DNA from: a virus
Lineage: Duplodnaviria > Caudoviricetes
Reading direction: 5' to 3' (one strand)
IMG/VR virus record: IMGVR_UViG_3300034069_002177
Span: 138,738-202,737 of that record
DNA: 64,000 nt
Shown: positions 17,912 to 27,893 of the stretch, piece by piece
Layout: the number at the start of each line of letters is the position of its first letter
Numbering within the stretch: the stretch's first letter is position 1
The notes under the pieces: model-generated
What the model was told of the DNA's origin: nothing
The model's input: only the letters and a program-made list of their open reading frames with translations
Databases searched by the model: none
Program-made: the position numbers and the translations under genes

Positions 17912-19643
17912 GACCAAATTCGCACTTGACGAAGAATCGCTCGATATCGACGATCAGGATGTCAACGAAAACGATTACGATGACACCACTAACGCTGATG
18001 GCACCACCGCTGTCGATGAGTCTGATTACGATGATGGTGATGACGCCGCTACCCAGAACGTAAATGAAGTAGTGGTAGAAATCAAGCCTAAGGTTGTAGA
18101 AGTCAAGAATCCTGTCGATACCGTAAAGGCAACCGAACCAGACTCCCCCTACGTCGTACTCTACCGCCGATTCCGCCCGCACAAGTTCTCTGAAATCATT
18201 GGTCAGGACAGCACGGTAAAGGCACTTCGTTCGGCAGTAATCAATCACAAGGCGGCGAACGTCTACCTGTTCTCAGGTGAGCGGGGCACGGGAAAGACCA
18301 CGACCGCCCGCGTTCTAGCTTCGGCATTGAACTGCCCCTTTGTACGCCCCGATGGCGAGCCTTGCGGGGTATGTGACCTCTGTGTCAATGTTCATGCTGG
18401 TAACGGCTCAGACGGCGTTACAGAGCTTGATGCGGCTAGCAATAGCTCGGTGGATGATGCCCGCCGCATCATCAATGAAATCCAGTTCGCTCATGGCTCC
18501 AAGAAGAACATCTACATCATTGATGAGGTACACCTTCTTTCCAAGCAGGCGAACGGAACGCTGCTGAAGACCCTCGAAGAGCCTCCTGCTAATGTCATCT
18601 TCATCCTGTGCACAACAAACCCCGAGCGTCTCGAACCGGCTGTTCGTTCCCGTGCTACCGCGTTCTCCTTCCACGAACTCGATGACACAACCATGCAGGG
18701 TCTCATCAAAGAGGTTGCTGCGGAAGCTGGCATCGAGGTAACGGACGAACAGATTGCGGGAGTTGTTCGTCGTGGACGAGGTTCGGCACGTGATGCCCTG
18801 AGTGCACTCGAAAGTCTTTCTCTGAACACCGATGTAGTCGTCGAGTACGACAACCATGCTTCGGCAATCACCAAGGCTGTCGGAGACAAGAGCGTATCTG
18901 ACATCATCATCGCAGTAGCCAAGGCAATCGATGGCGGTCTTAGCGTCAGTGAGATCGCTACCTCTCTGCTTGCTTATTGGCGTTCGATGATTCTTGTTCT
19001 GAATGCGCCCGAGATTGTCAAGCTGACCGATGCAGAGTTCGATTCGGTTCTCGACGTTGCTGAGAAAATGGGTACTGACAAAACAATCCACATGCTTCGT
19101 AAGTTAGGTGAAGCTCATGGCTCTTTGCTACAAGGAGATCCGCGAGTCATGATCGAAACCACGCTGATTCAGTTTGTTCTTCCGCACAATGATGCCGCCG
19201 CACTGCGCGACTTGAACCAGAAACTTGATTCGGTTGCTGGCGATGTGAGCGAGTTGCGTAAACGTCCCGCTAGTTCACCTTTCAATTCTGAGCCAGGTAC
19301 GAAAAAAGACAATTGGCTTGATGATTCGGAACCTAAAAAGGACACCAAGAAGGCAGATTCGGTAGTAGAGAATCCAGCAACTAAACCAGAAGAAAAGACG
19401 GCGGTAGCTGCGAGTTCTATCGAAATCATTTCTGACCCAGATGACCTTATCGATGCAATCTTCGAGAACGTTCCTAAGAAGGTACAGCTTTCACTTTCTG
19501 AGTTGGAAGTCGATACGAAGAATACGACTAGGAAACTTCTTGTTCTGAAGAGTCACAAGGGAATTACGGATGACGAATTTGAACTACTTGAAAAGGCAGT
19601 CGCCAAGGTTGATCCCCGCGAATTTGATTTGGATGAAGACTAG
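17910..19643 (+). CDS. dnaX: DNA polymerase III gamma/tau clamp-loader subunit
   Basis: LYRRFRPHKFSEIIGQ, Walker A GERGTGKTT, Zn module C...EPCGVCDLC, ELDAAS, IIDEVH, LLKTLEEP. Acidic N-terminal extension of about 70 aa. Confidence 0.95.
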   Translation: MTKFALDEESLDIDDQDVNENDYDDTTNADGTTAVDESDYDDGDDAATQNVNEVVVEIKPKVVEVKNPVDTVKATEPDSPYVVLYRRFRPHKFSEIIGQDSTVKALRSAVINHKAANVYLFSGERGTGKTTTARVLASALNCPFVRPDGEPCGVCDLCVNVHAGNGSDGVTELDAASNSSVDDARRIINEIQFAHGSKKNIYIIDEVHLLSKQANGTLLKTLEEPPANVIFILCTTNPERLEPAVRSRATAFSFHELDDTTMQGLIKEVAAEAGIEVTDEQIAGVVRRGRGSARDALSALESLSLNTDVVVEYDNHASAITKAVGDKSVSDIIIAVAKAIDGGLSVSEIATSLLAYWRSMILVLNAPEIVKLTDAEFDSVLDVAEKMGTDKTIHMLRKLGEAHGSLLQGDPRVMIETTLIQFVLPHNDAAALRDLNQKLDSVAGDVSELRKRPASSPFNSEPGTKKDNWLDDSEPKKDTKKADSVVENPATKPEEKTAVAASSIEIISDPDDLIDAIFENVPKKVQLSLSELEVDTKNTTRKLLVLKSHKGITDDEFELLEKAVAKVDPREFDLDED

Positions 19644-19726
19644 GGCGATACGAACCTCCGATAATGGGGTTCAAGTTAGTCTAACGAAGTATGATGGTCG
19701 CAAGAACAAACATTTGAGGGGTTTCA

Positions 19727-20866
19727 TTGGTTACGTCGCTTTCCCGTGAGGACAGAATTCTTGGCAGCGTTAAGCCATTCCGGTTGTCTAGCGCTACAGA
19801 GATAGCAACACTTAGACGAGTATTCTCGCGTATTTCCGGTCTGAGCGTTGGTCAGTTCTCTGAGAACGGTTTTGGATTCCCATTCATTCCGTTCCCTGAG
19901 ATTGATCCAACCAACCCCGACAAGACGAAGCTATCTCCAGCTAACACCGCCGAGCGTTTCCTCTTCCACCCCATTTATTGGATTGACCCTCGCCTCACCG
20001 CGCCAACGCAGACGGAACTTACCGATCCTGCTCGGTGGTCGATTCGAATGTTCTACGAGCTTCTTTCGTTTGGGCTTCTCAACCCTGAGACCCTACAGTG
20101 GCTAAACCCCGCTGTGGTCAAGGGTGTTAGCTGGACTCCTGCCGACATTAATAGCCTTCTGAATGATGCCCCTTCTATCTTGGATGATGTCATTTTCCGC
20201 GACGGCGATAGACTTCCCGGCTACTCGTCATCTGATGTTCTTGAGGCATCTGATACTGCATTCGAGCGAATTCGCGCCATTCAGCAGCGTGAGATTACGC
20301 GCATCCGCTCGCTTCGTAAGGTGGCAATGGATGATTCAAACTTGATTCTTAGTGGTCAGGATATTTGGACTCGTTTGTTCCCCCGTTTCGAGAAAGTTGC
20401 TCGTGAGATTGATGAGGCTCGCCAACAAGGTATGCCTCTATCCAGCTTCCTCGATGAGATCTACTCAGTAAAGACCGACATTGCTCGATACCTCGCTTCT
20501 GCTGATGACGCGATTATGGGTTTGACTTACGACATCGCTGATCAGGTTTCGTTCTCCAACGACGCGGTAATGCGCTTCGCTGCGATCTCGGCACTCGTGA
20601 AGCGCGGTCGTGGACTCATCTCTCGCGCCGAAGCAGAAATGGATGAGCAACTAAACGCTATCTTCAGCGGCACCAACGTATCCGCCATGAGAATGGTTGA
20701 GATGGTTTCGAGAATGTACGCCGATATGATTGATAGACTATCGCTCGCGTACCGTAACAACGAACTTGCCACACGCGGCGAGCGAGTCATTCGAAGTATT
20801 GATGAACAGATGTTCGACGAGACGCAGAGGACTCAGCAGGCAAGCGATAGCGATTTCCAGTTCTAG
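19727..20866 (+). CDS. Hypothetical protein upstream of the coupling protein
   Basis: 379-aa ORF with GAGGGG RBS and helical C-half; FHPIYWID and RWSIRMFYEL segments; no family recognised with confidence. Confidence 0.75.
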   Translation: MVTSLSREDRILGSVKPFRLSSATEIATLRRVFSRISGLSVGQFSENGFGFPFIPFPEIDPTNPDKTKLSPANTAERFLFHPIYWIDPRLTAPTQTELTDPARWSIRMFYELLSFGLLNPETLQWLNPAVVKGVSWTPADINSLLNDAPSILDDVIFRDGDRLPGYSSSDVLEASDTAFERIRAIQQREITRIRSLRKVAMDDSNLILSGQDIWTRLFPRFEKVAREIDEARQQGMPLSSFLDEIYSVKTDIARYLASADDAIMGLTYDIADQVSFSNDAVMRFAAISALVKRGRGLISRAEAEMDEQLNAIFSGTNVSAMRMVEMVSRMYADMIDRLSLAYRNNELATRGERVIRSIDEQMFDETQRTQQASDSDFQF

Positions 20867-20899
20867 CATTCGTAGCGGTTTCCTCTATAACAAGGAGGA

Positions 20900-23665
20900 A
20901 TGTTGAACTACTTTCTAATCGCCCTGGTGGCTATTATTGTCCTGCCCTTGCTCATCGGAGCGATTGCAACCAGCGGTAAGTATGTCATTCGCGAACACGC
21001 GCGTGTCAGGCGTGGTCACATCGTCGGAGACCTCATCTGGAATGAAATCGAGTATGAAGGCAACTTCCGTAAATTCGAGGGTGCGAATGATTCTATTCAC
21101 ACGGGAGATCTCGTCGGTCTGGTTACATTGGCTGAATCCATTCGTTCTTCTTTTCCGCATAAAGACCGTGGAGTCATCTCTTACGTTTGGTCACGTTCAT
21201 CTGACACGTCCATTCACCTCTACTTGGGAGTGACAACTGAGCACTATGGTGATGGCTCACAGGTTCGTATTGCCGCGCAGTCTGTAGGAGCGCATGCAAC
21301 TCGACTCGAACAGCAGCCGTACATTCCCGTTCAGGACATCTCTATCGCAATGCGTGGAAAGTCCTCTCCGCTACAGGCAACAAGCCCTGTCAAAGAGGGC
21401 GGTTCGGTAGCCAAGGCTCTTTCGACGGTGCTGGAAAAACTAGACAAGAACATTGCTGCGTCATTCGTTGTTACGACCGAGTTCATGACAGATGGTGAGA
21501 AGCGCCAGCTTGCCGGATTCATCACGGCAGACAACATCGCCTCTGGTGGTGATGCCATGCAGTACGGTATGGGTGTTCAAACTCAGACGATGAGCAATCA
21601 GCCCATCCGCTCTACAATCGTAGCCTCTACTTCCGAGCCAGCACAGGGCAAGCGCTCTTTGTCTTCAGTGCTTCTTAGTAGCGCCGTGAACTCTATCGCT
21701 ACTTCTGGGTGGCAACATGATGTGCGACCTTTCTCCGCTGCTTCTGTGGGGCGCAATGGTGTCGTTCTTTCTGTGATCGGGGCGTTGTTCTCGATTCTTT
21801 TCACTGTCGTTCATGCTGTGCCTATCTTCATTGGTATTCCTCTAATCCTTGCTTCCCTGGCAACCGGTTGGTTTGCCCTCGTCAAGGCGAGCCCAATGTC
21901 ATTGGAGGCTGTGAGAAACAGACTTCTTCAAGGTGAGTTCAATGTGCCACCATACGTATTTTGGTTGTGGAACCCTCGCTGGATTTTCGAGAGCCGTACG
22001 CTCGGTCTTCGTTACGGCGGTAACTCTGTGCAACAGCACGAGGCTTCCCCTTCAACCAAGCGAGTCAACTACCTCAGCCCAATAGCGTTGTTTGAAATCC
22101 TGAGCTTCCCACCGTCATTCAGTCGTGGCGGTGGTGATGTTCACGCCGGAGAATCACTTTCTCGCGGAATTCCAAACTACATGGTTGATACCGAGTTCCC
22201 CATTTACTATGGTCAGAGCGGCTCTGGTCAGTTCGTTTCGCTTGATATCAAAGATTTGCACTACTCGTTGTACACGGCTGGTGCACCTAACTCGGGTAAG
22301 ACAAACTTCCTCCAAGTTATCTACGCGGGCGTTGTGAAGGCTTGCCTTGAACACACTAATGGATTGCAGATTACTCCTATCTGGGCTGAGACTAAGGGTG
22401 AGGGTGCAGCGGATGCATGGGAGATTGCCCGTAAGCACAATCGCGCCGTATTCATCGAGGCTCACAACCCCGCATCAAAATACCGGCTCTCATTAGAAGG
22501 TCGTCGTCTTTCTGAGGGTGCTTCTGTTCCCGAGGTCAAGGCGAACATCGACGTGCTTGTTTCCGGTATGCAGTTCGCATATGGTGATGGCATCCGTGCA
22601 GCTTCTCGTGAGGTATTGCTGAATTCACTGCTTATCTCGATGTTGATGAATCGTAACGATTTCGAATATCTCGGTATGGAGCGGTACGTCAATGCGGACA
22701 AGCCGAACATCATCGAAAGCGCTCGCATCATCCTGAATGGTGAATCTACCATTGACGTAGGAGAGAAGATTCTTCAGCTTCAAGAAGAGATGCGCGTTCG
22801 CGGAACTAACGATGCCCGCGAAGTTGCATTGCAGTCGGCAATCGGTCAACTCAGTCGATTCTTCGACCCTACTCTGCGGCGGTCTTCTCAGAGCGGTACC
22901 GTGCTTGGTCCCGCACTGAACAAGATTTCGTCCATGATGGAAGCTGACGTGTTGTGGTCACCTGATGAGCGTCCGGCTATCGCTGTGTCACAATTCCCGT
23001 TCCATTTCGCTCCCATCGTCCTGAACATGGGTCCGTTCAAGCTTCCTGACGGGAACTACAACTCGACCGTTGGTTCCGCCGCTGCTCAGAAGTTGTTGTT
23101 GGTTACCAATTACATCCTCTGGAACACCATCAAGGCACGCTGCTCGGGGTGGCAAGCACAAGGCAAGCGTATTCCGATGTTCTTCGACGAAGTGAAAGAC
23201 GTTGCTGTTGACTCATCGAATGATGACGTAGCAAACGTTATTGCCGAGGCTGGTAAAGAGGGTCGTTCGCGTGGAGCTTCTTACTTCCTAGGCTCACAGT
23301 CTCCTTCTCAGTTGCCTTTCCAGGCAAAGAGCGCAGTGCTAAGTAGCCGTACTAAGTTCTGGTTCAACCTTCACGAATCGAACGATCTCCGCACCGCCAT
23401 TGCCGAAGTGTCTTCTGCGTCGGAAGAACAGGACATCTACAAAACCAATGACATTCACAGCCTTCCTAATGGTACTGCTGTCGGGGTCATGCAGCGCGGT
23501 GATAAGCCAACTCCACCATTTACACTCCGAGTGCCCTTGGCTACAAAATGGGCAAGTTTCCTGTTGCGTCCAAATACTTCCGTTTCTGATGCAATCGTGG
23601 AATACTACGAGTGGCAGGAGCGCGATAGACGGGCAAAGCTAACAGGTGGTCAGGGTGCTCAGTAA
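20900..23665 (+). CDS. VirD4/TraD-like type IV coupling protein (FtsK/HerA superfamily)
   Basis: AAGGAGG RBS, N-terminal TM helices, Walker A GAPNSGKT, Walker B MFFDEVK, EGRSRG...SQSPSQL. Overlaps the candidate relaxase gene. Confidence 0.8.
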   Translation: MLNYFLIALVAIIVLPLLIGAIATSGKYVIREHARVRRGHIVGDLIWNEIEYEGNFRKFEGANDSIHTGDLVGLVTLAESIRSSFPHKDRGVISYVWSRSSDTSIHLYLGVTTEHYGDGSQVRIAAQSVGAHATRLEQQPYIPVQDISIAMRGKSSPLQATSPVKEGGSVAKALSTVLEKLDKNIAASFVVTTEFMTDGEKRQLAGFITADNIASGGDAMQYGMGVQTQTMSNQPIRSTIVASTSEPAQGKRSLSSVLLSSAVNSIATSGWQHDVRPFSAASVGRNGVVLSVIGALFSILFTVVHAVPIFIGIPLILASLATGWFALVKASPMSLEAVRNRLLQGEFNVPPYVFWLWNPRWIFESRTLGLRYGGNSVQQHEASPSTKRVNYLSPIALFEILSFPPSFSRGGGDVHAGESLSRGIPNYMVDTEFPIYYGQSGSGQFVSLDIKDLHYSLYTAGAPNSGKTNFLQVIYAGVVKACLEHTNGLQITPIWAETKGEGAADAWEIARKHNRAVFIEAHNPASKYRLSLEGRRLSEGASVPEVKANIDVLVSGMQFAYGDGIRAASREVLLNSLLISMLMNRNDFEYLGMERYVNADKPNIIESARIILNGESTIDVGEKILQLQEEMRVRGTNDAREVALQSAIGQLSRFFDPTLRRSSQSGTVLGPALNKISSMMEADVLWSPDERPAIAVSQFPFHFAPIVLNMGPFKLPDGNYNSTVGSAAAQKLLLVTNYILWNTIKARCSGWQAQGKRIPMFFDEVKDVAVDSSNDDVANVIAEAGKEGRSRGASYFLGSQSPSQLPFQAKSAVLSSRTKFWFNLHESNDLRTAIAEVSSASEEQDIYKTNDIHSLPNGTAVGVMQRGDKPTPPFTLRVPLATKWASFLLRPNTSVSDAIVEYYEWQERDRRAKLTGGQGAQ

Positions 23666-24899
23666 CCTCGCGGGTGAAGCGAAGAAGGCGGATGTAAGTC
23701 CGGTCTATCAAACGCGACGGAAAACGTTAGGGATGGTAGACCGATTAGATCCTTTCTACGAAGTGGAATGGATTGATGCGCTGGCGACGAAATGGTCTGT
23801 CGTATCAGCTACCAAGCTCTCGTACAACGTAGACAATCTGGGAACCATCTACCAAAGCAGCGAAAAGGTCTTTGCTCCTATTGATGCCGCTGAGAAGAAA
23901 GTATATACCTCTGTGGGTATACGATGTGTTGCATCATTGGCGCAATTTCATCAACTCACAACATTCCAGTTGGCTTCACTACTTGATGTCAAGGCAGAAG
24001 CTATCAACAGGGCTCTCACCGATCTTTATTCCTATGGTGTTGTCGAAAATGCCGTGCCCGCGTGGTCCAAGAATCCCACTCCTGGTCGGGATAAAAGCGG
24101 TAGTGGTTATCTCTGGCGACTCTCTAACGTGTCTGAGCGTTTAGAGCTATGGATGTCCAGACTGACAGAACTTGAAGCGAAGCTCATAGCTCAGGGTCGT
24201 GATATAGCAGTGGGCACCAATAGCTCTCGAAGCGGTTCGTCTATTCGCCACAACCTTGCCGCCAGCGAGCTAGTTCTTCGAGCAATGGAATCATGTCCCG
24301 CAGTTGTTGGTGCATGGGGAGAAACGGCAACTCTAGGTTCGCTATTCCTCAGTGAGGACATCAAGAAACAGCATGATCTTCGAGAGAATATCGGTGATGC
24401 CGCCATTGTCACTAAAGATGGTGGAATCATCATCTTTGAGACGAGCGGTGCAACCAACCTCGATGACAAGGGTGGCGACAAACTTGAGAGCAAGGCTGCT
24501 GCATGGGCTTCTATTGCCGCACTGAGTGACATGGATATCAAGATCGTTTTCGTCAATATCAATGCGGGTGCTCGAATGAACAGATTCGAGTGGAGAGTGA
24601 TTCAGGGCTTGAACAAAATTGGTAAGTACATCACTAATACTGCGTTGCAGAAGAAAGGTGTGGAGGCTGTTTTCACCGCTAACGCCTACGACTGGTTCCC
24701 GATGCCTTTGACGGTATCGAAGGGGTTCGCATCTCTTCAGGTTTATCACCCCAAAGCGAAACGTTACTACGACCTAGCTCCCGCTCGTACTCAGTTTGAT
24801 GTCGAATCAGATGCTATGGTAAACACCGTCGCAGCACTACATACGCCCAATTGGGTGCTACGTCGCGTTGTAAGCTCTTTGAACACCACAAACAAGTAA
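23646..24899 (+). CDS. Replication-relaxation (Replic_Relax-type) protein, candidate relaxase
   Basis: Winged-helix part (LAQFHQLTTFQLASLL...LTDLYSYGVV), HNLAASEL, and PD-(D/E)XK-like GDAAIV..IIFETS. Translationally linked to the coupling protein. Confidence 0.65.
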   Translation: MVRVLSNLAGEAKKADVSPVYQTRRKTLGMVDRLDPFYEVEWIDALATKWSVVSATKLSYNVDNLGTIYQSSEKVFAPIDAAEKKVYTSVGIRCVASLAQFHQLTTFQLASLLDVKAEAINRALTDLYSYGVVENAVPAWSKNPTPGRDKSGSGYLWRLSNVSERLELWMSRLTELEAKLIAQGRDIAVGTNSSRSGSSIRHNLAASELVLRAMESCPAVVGAWGETATLGSLFLSEDIKKQHDLRENIGDAAIVTKDGGIIIFETSGATNLDDKGGDKLESKAAAWASIAALSDMDIKIVFVNINAGARMNRFEWRVIQGLNKIGKYITNTALQKKGVEAVFTANAYDWFPMPLTVSKGFASLQVYHPKAKRYYDLAPARTQFDVESDAMVNTVAALHTPNWVLRRVVSSLNTTNK

Positions 24900-24912
24900 G
24901 GATGAGTCTCTG

Positions 24913-26967
24913 ATGCTAATAGCTCCAGAAGAGGGATTCCCGTGGAACAAAGTCAATGCCGCTAAGAGGTATCTAACAACAATCAAGCCGTGGTGGGGCA
25001 GATTCCTTGACGAGTTTGTCATTGTACCGGTCGAGGTGATGCCTGATTTCGATGGTGTGCTTCCTTATGGATCTACGACAGCAACAGACCGCGACTTTCG
25101 CATCTACATCGACCGCCTTTTTGCGCTAAGCGTCCCCCTGCATTACCTTGCGGGCGCTATTGAACATGAGTTGCAGCGGCACACCAGAGATAGCTGGCAA
25201 CGGTTCAAGTTCTTGAAGGATGAAGCTTGGCGTGAAGAGGCAGTACCCGCCCTCGATTTGGAAATCAACAGCACTATCGACCGTGAACAGAAGAATCTGT
25301 CAATGGGGATGGTGTGGGGTATCTGCAATGACTCTGCATTGTTCACTGCGCGCGATTTAGAATACTGGAACGTCACAGCACCTCCAGGTTTCGATGATGA
25401 TGGCTGGATCCCACGTGTTCTCGGCATGGAAGACGGGCTGAGCGCCGAACAGTACCACCAAGTCATCAAGAAGCTCATGGAAGAGCCGCCACCGCCTGAG
25501 GAAGACGAGGGTGATACATCCGACAGTGACGATGAAGAAGCCGAAGATGACGCAGAAGGTGACGAAGACAGCCAGGATGAAGCGCAATCCGACAACGGTC
25601 AGAGCGAAGAGTCAGAAGAATCGGAAGATGCCGAGCGTGACGAAAACGGCGAAGAGTCAGAAGATGAAGATTCCGAATCATCTGACTCCAATGAAGAAGA
25701 TGACGGTGATGATCAAGAAGGCGAGGGCGAAGGAGATCAAGAGTCCGATGACGAGCAAGAGGGTGACGGTTCATCAGAAGACGGCGATGCAAAGGGCTCT
25801 TCCGAAGGTTTAGACAACGAAGGCGGCTCGGGAGATGGAGACTCCGAAGAAGGGGATGAAAGTTCTTCCGAGTCAGAGTCCTCAGAATCAAATAACGATT
25901 CTCAAGAAAGCCAAGATGGGGAGCCTTCTGATTCTGAGTCAAGTAGTGAATCATCAGGAAATGGACCGAAAAGTAACGGTCAGGGCGGCGAAGGATCAGG
26001 AAACTCATCCCAGTCGAATAACTCCGAACCGAAAGATCCCTCAGAGATGTCTGACTGGGATAAGGCAGAGGCTGTACGTGAACTACAGAACTCTGAGCTT
26101 GGTCAGATGTGGCAAAACTCCATCGAAAACCCGACCGATCCGATTGATCATCCTGCATGGAAACCTAGCGATAATTTGCCGGAGTACGAGCTACCGGACA
26201 AACCTTCGCAGGGTGAAATGAGTGCTGCATTCGAGAAGCTGAGCGAAGATATCGGTGAGTTCAGTGAAGAAATGGGAGACCTTTACCCAGAGGGAATGAA
26301 TGTTGGTGACGAAGCCGGTAACGCGTTGATGGCATGGCGCGAGAATTACCGTAAAGCTCGGGGCTTGAACTGGGACAGACACTTCATGAAACTTGCTAAC
26401 GCGATGCTGAGCAGTACGCAAATCAAAGGTCAGTCCGACCTTTCATACTCGGTGCGGAATCCAAACCAATCCGCAATTGGTCCTATCCTGCAAGGTCTAC
26501 TTTCGTATTCGCCAACTATCTATGTTCTTCAAGACGTATCCGGTTCGATGCATGCTGGCAAAATGGCTAGGTCCATGTCGGTATTTACCGATCTCTGCAA
26601 GAAGGTATTGGCTAACTACGGCGATAAGGTGACATGGTTCTCTGCCGATACGGCGTTACGTGATGTTGGTACTACATCACGTTGGAATGAGGATGTGCGT
26701 CAAGCGTGGTCATATGGTTTTGGTGGTACGCAAGGTTTCGGTGAAATCATCGATGTGATGATGCGTGGCAAGTTGGTATACAAGGGGAAGAAGTACAAAA
26801 AGCCTGATCTCGTAATCACCTCTACTGATTGTTGCTTCCCGTGGGTAGAAGAACGTCCTCGGTCCGCCGCTAAACTACTCATCGTCAACGTCGGTACAGA
26901 GCAGGACGCGGAAATGTGGGTACCCGAATGGGTGAACAGGCGTAAGGAATTTGTCCAGGTTGATTAA
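24913..26967 (+). CDS. DUF2201-type metallopeptidase-like/vWA protein (MoxR partner) with a long acidic insert
   Basis: ATDRDFRIYID, HELQRH, ALDLEIN, MIDAS motif DVSGS, GFGGT, VITSTD. Confidence 0.8.
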   Translation: MLIAPEEGFPWNKVNAAKRYLTTIKPWWGRFLDEFVIVPVEVMPDFDGVLPYGSTTATDRDFRIYIDRLFALSVPLHYLAGAIEHELQRHTRDSWQRFKFLKDEAWREEAVPALDLEINSTIDREQKNLSMGMVWGICNDSALFTARDLEYWNVTAPPGFDDDGWIPRVLGMEDGLSAEQYHQVIKKLMEEPPPPEEDEGDTSDSDDEEAEDDAEGDEDSQDEAQSDNGQSEESEESEDAERDENGEESEDEDSESSDSNEEDDGDDQEGEGEGDQESDDEQEGDGSSEDGDAKGSSEGLDNEGGSGDGDSEEGDESSSESESSESNNDSQESQDGEPSDSESSSESSGNGPKSNGQGGEGSGNSSQSNNSEPKDPSEMSDWDKAEAVRELQNSELGQMWQNSIENPTDPIDHPAWKPSDNLPEYELPDKPSQGEMSAAFEKLSEDIGEFSEEMGDLYPEGMNVGDEAGNALMAWRENYRKARGLNWDRHFMKLANAMLSSTQIKGQSDLSYSVRNPNQSAIGPILQGLLSYSPTIYVLQDVSGSMHAGKMARSMSVFTDLCKKVLANYGDKVTWFSADTALRDVGTTSRWNEDVRQAWSYGFGGTQGFGEIIDVMMRGKLVYKGKKYKKPDLVITSTDCCFPWVEERPRSAAKLLIVNVGTEQDAEMWVPEWVNRRKEFVQVD

Positions 26968-26988
26968 TGAGATTGCTCATGCTAATCT
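26960..26988 (+). promoter_or_regulatory. Promoter of the initiator-loader-moxR operon, overlapped by an inverted repeat
   Basis: TTGATT-17 bp-TAATCT with extended -10 (TGC). GAGATT(26969-26974)/AATCTC(26984-26989) inverted repeat covers it. Confidence 0.55.
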
Positions 26989-27012
26989 CTCGAACCTAGA
27001 TTGGTGGTGGAA

Positions 27013-27891
27013 ATGACTTCGTTGGTATTGTTCGACGACTGGGAGGGTGATGGAGAAATCACTCATTCCTCATCCTCAAAAGACGCTGCTGCAAAAATCA
27101 TCACCAGATTGTGGAAACTGTGGTGCACGAGGACTCAGCGTGAGGATGGCAAGTCTGCTCATAAGGATTTCTCAAAGGCGGTTCGTAAAGTAGTTCTGGA
27201 AGGAATGAGTGAGCAAGAAATAGAGCGCATTCTTGAAGGTGCTGCTCGTACCGAACCAAGGAATCGCGACCCTCACGACATTCGACGACTTACCACCGCG
27301 ATTACTAATCCAAAGACCCGAAAGTTCGCATTGGCTGCATTGGATGAAAACGCTCCAATCCAACCCAATCCCGCTCATCGGCAAATGATGACGATGACTG
27401 AGGTCGAAAACGTCCTCGAAACCAACCGGGAGGATTGGGGTGAGGAAGACATCGAATCTGCGGTGACGCTCACCGAGCGATATGACGCCGACACCCTTAT
27501 CGAGGTTGCTGACAAGGTAGCGCTCATCGTTGGGCAGGATGCATTGTTCCCTTCTGAGATTTTGCGTCATGCTCGAAAGGTCGAAAGTGGCGTTTCTAAG
27601 GTCAAGCGCAACGACCGCCGAAATTCCTATGCCGCAGGAGCTATGGAGTCTGCACGAGACGAAGACATTGATTTCTATGCGGACAAAGCAGCCGATACCG
27701 CCTTCAACAAAGGTGTCGGTATCAACAAGATTCTCGCGTTCCACAACCTTGCTCCTAAGGGATATTGGGATGAAGTATCAAATCTTCGTAGGGCTAGCAA
27801 AATGCCGCACAATGACATATACTCGTCACTACAAAACAAGTTCGATTGGCACCCAGACAGCCGAGAATCTATTACCAAGGGCAAGAGGTGA
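27013..27891 (+). CDS. Helical hypothetical protein, putative replication initiator or loader partner
   Basis: ATG 27013 after GGTGG. Directly precedes a DnaC-like ATPase, the usual initiator-loader arrangement in phages and plasmids. No family recognised from sequence alone. Confidence 0.5.
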   Translation: MTSLVLFDDWEGDGEITHSSSSKDAAAKIITRLWKLWCTRTQREDGKSAHKDFSKAVRKVVLEGMSEQEIERILEGAARTEPRNRDPHDIRRLTTAITNPKTRKFALAALDENAPIQPNPAHRQMMTMTEVENVLETNREDWGEEDIESAVTLTERYDADTLIEVADKVALIVGQDALFPSEILRHARKVESGVSKVKRNDRRNSYAAGAMESARDEDIDFYADKAADTAFNKGVGINKILAFHNLAPKGYWDEVSNLRRASKMPHNDIYSSLQNKFDWHPDSRESITKGKR

Positions 27892-27893
27892 AC

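Noticed and set aside
19299-19340. AAAAAAG in dnaX near where E. coli makes gamma by -1 frameshifting
   Set aside because: The run is phased G-AAA-AAA-G, not A-AAA-AAG. The nearby T-AAA-AAG lacks the first A. I see no clear upstream SD or downstream stem, and A6 is too short for transcriptional slippage.
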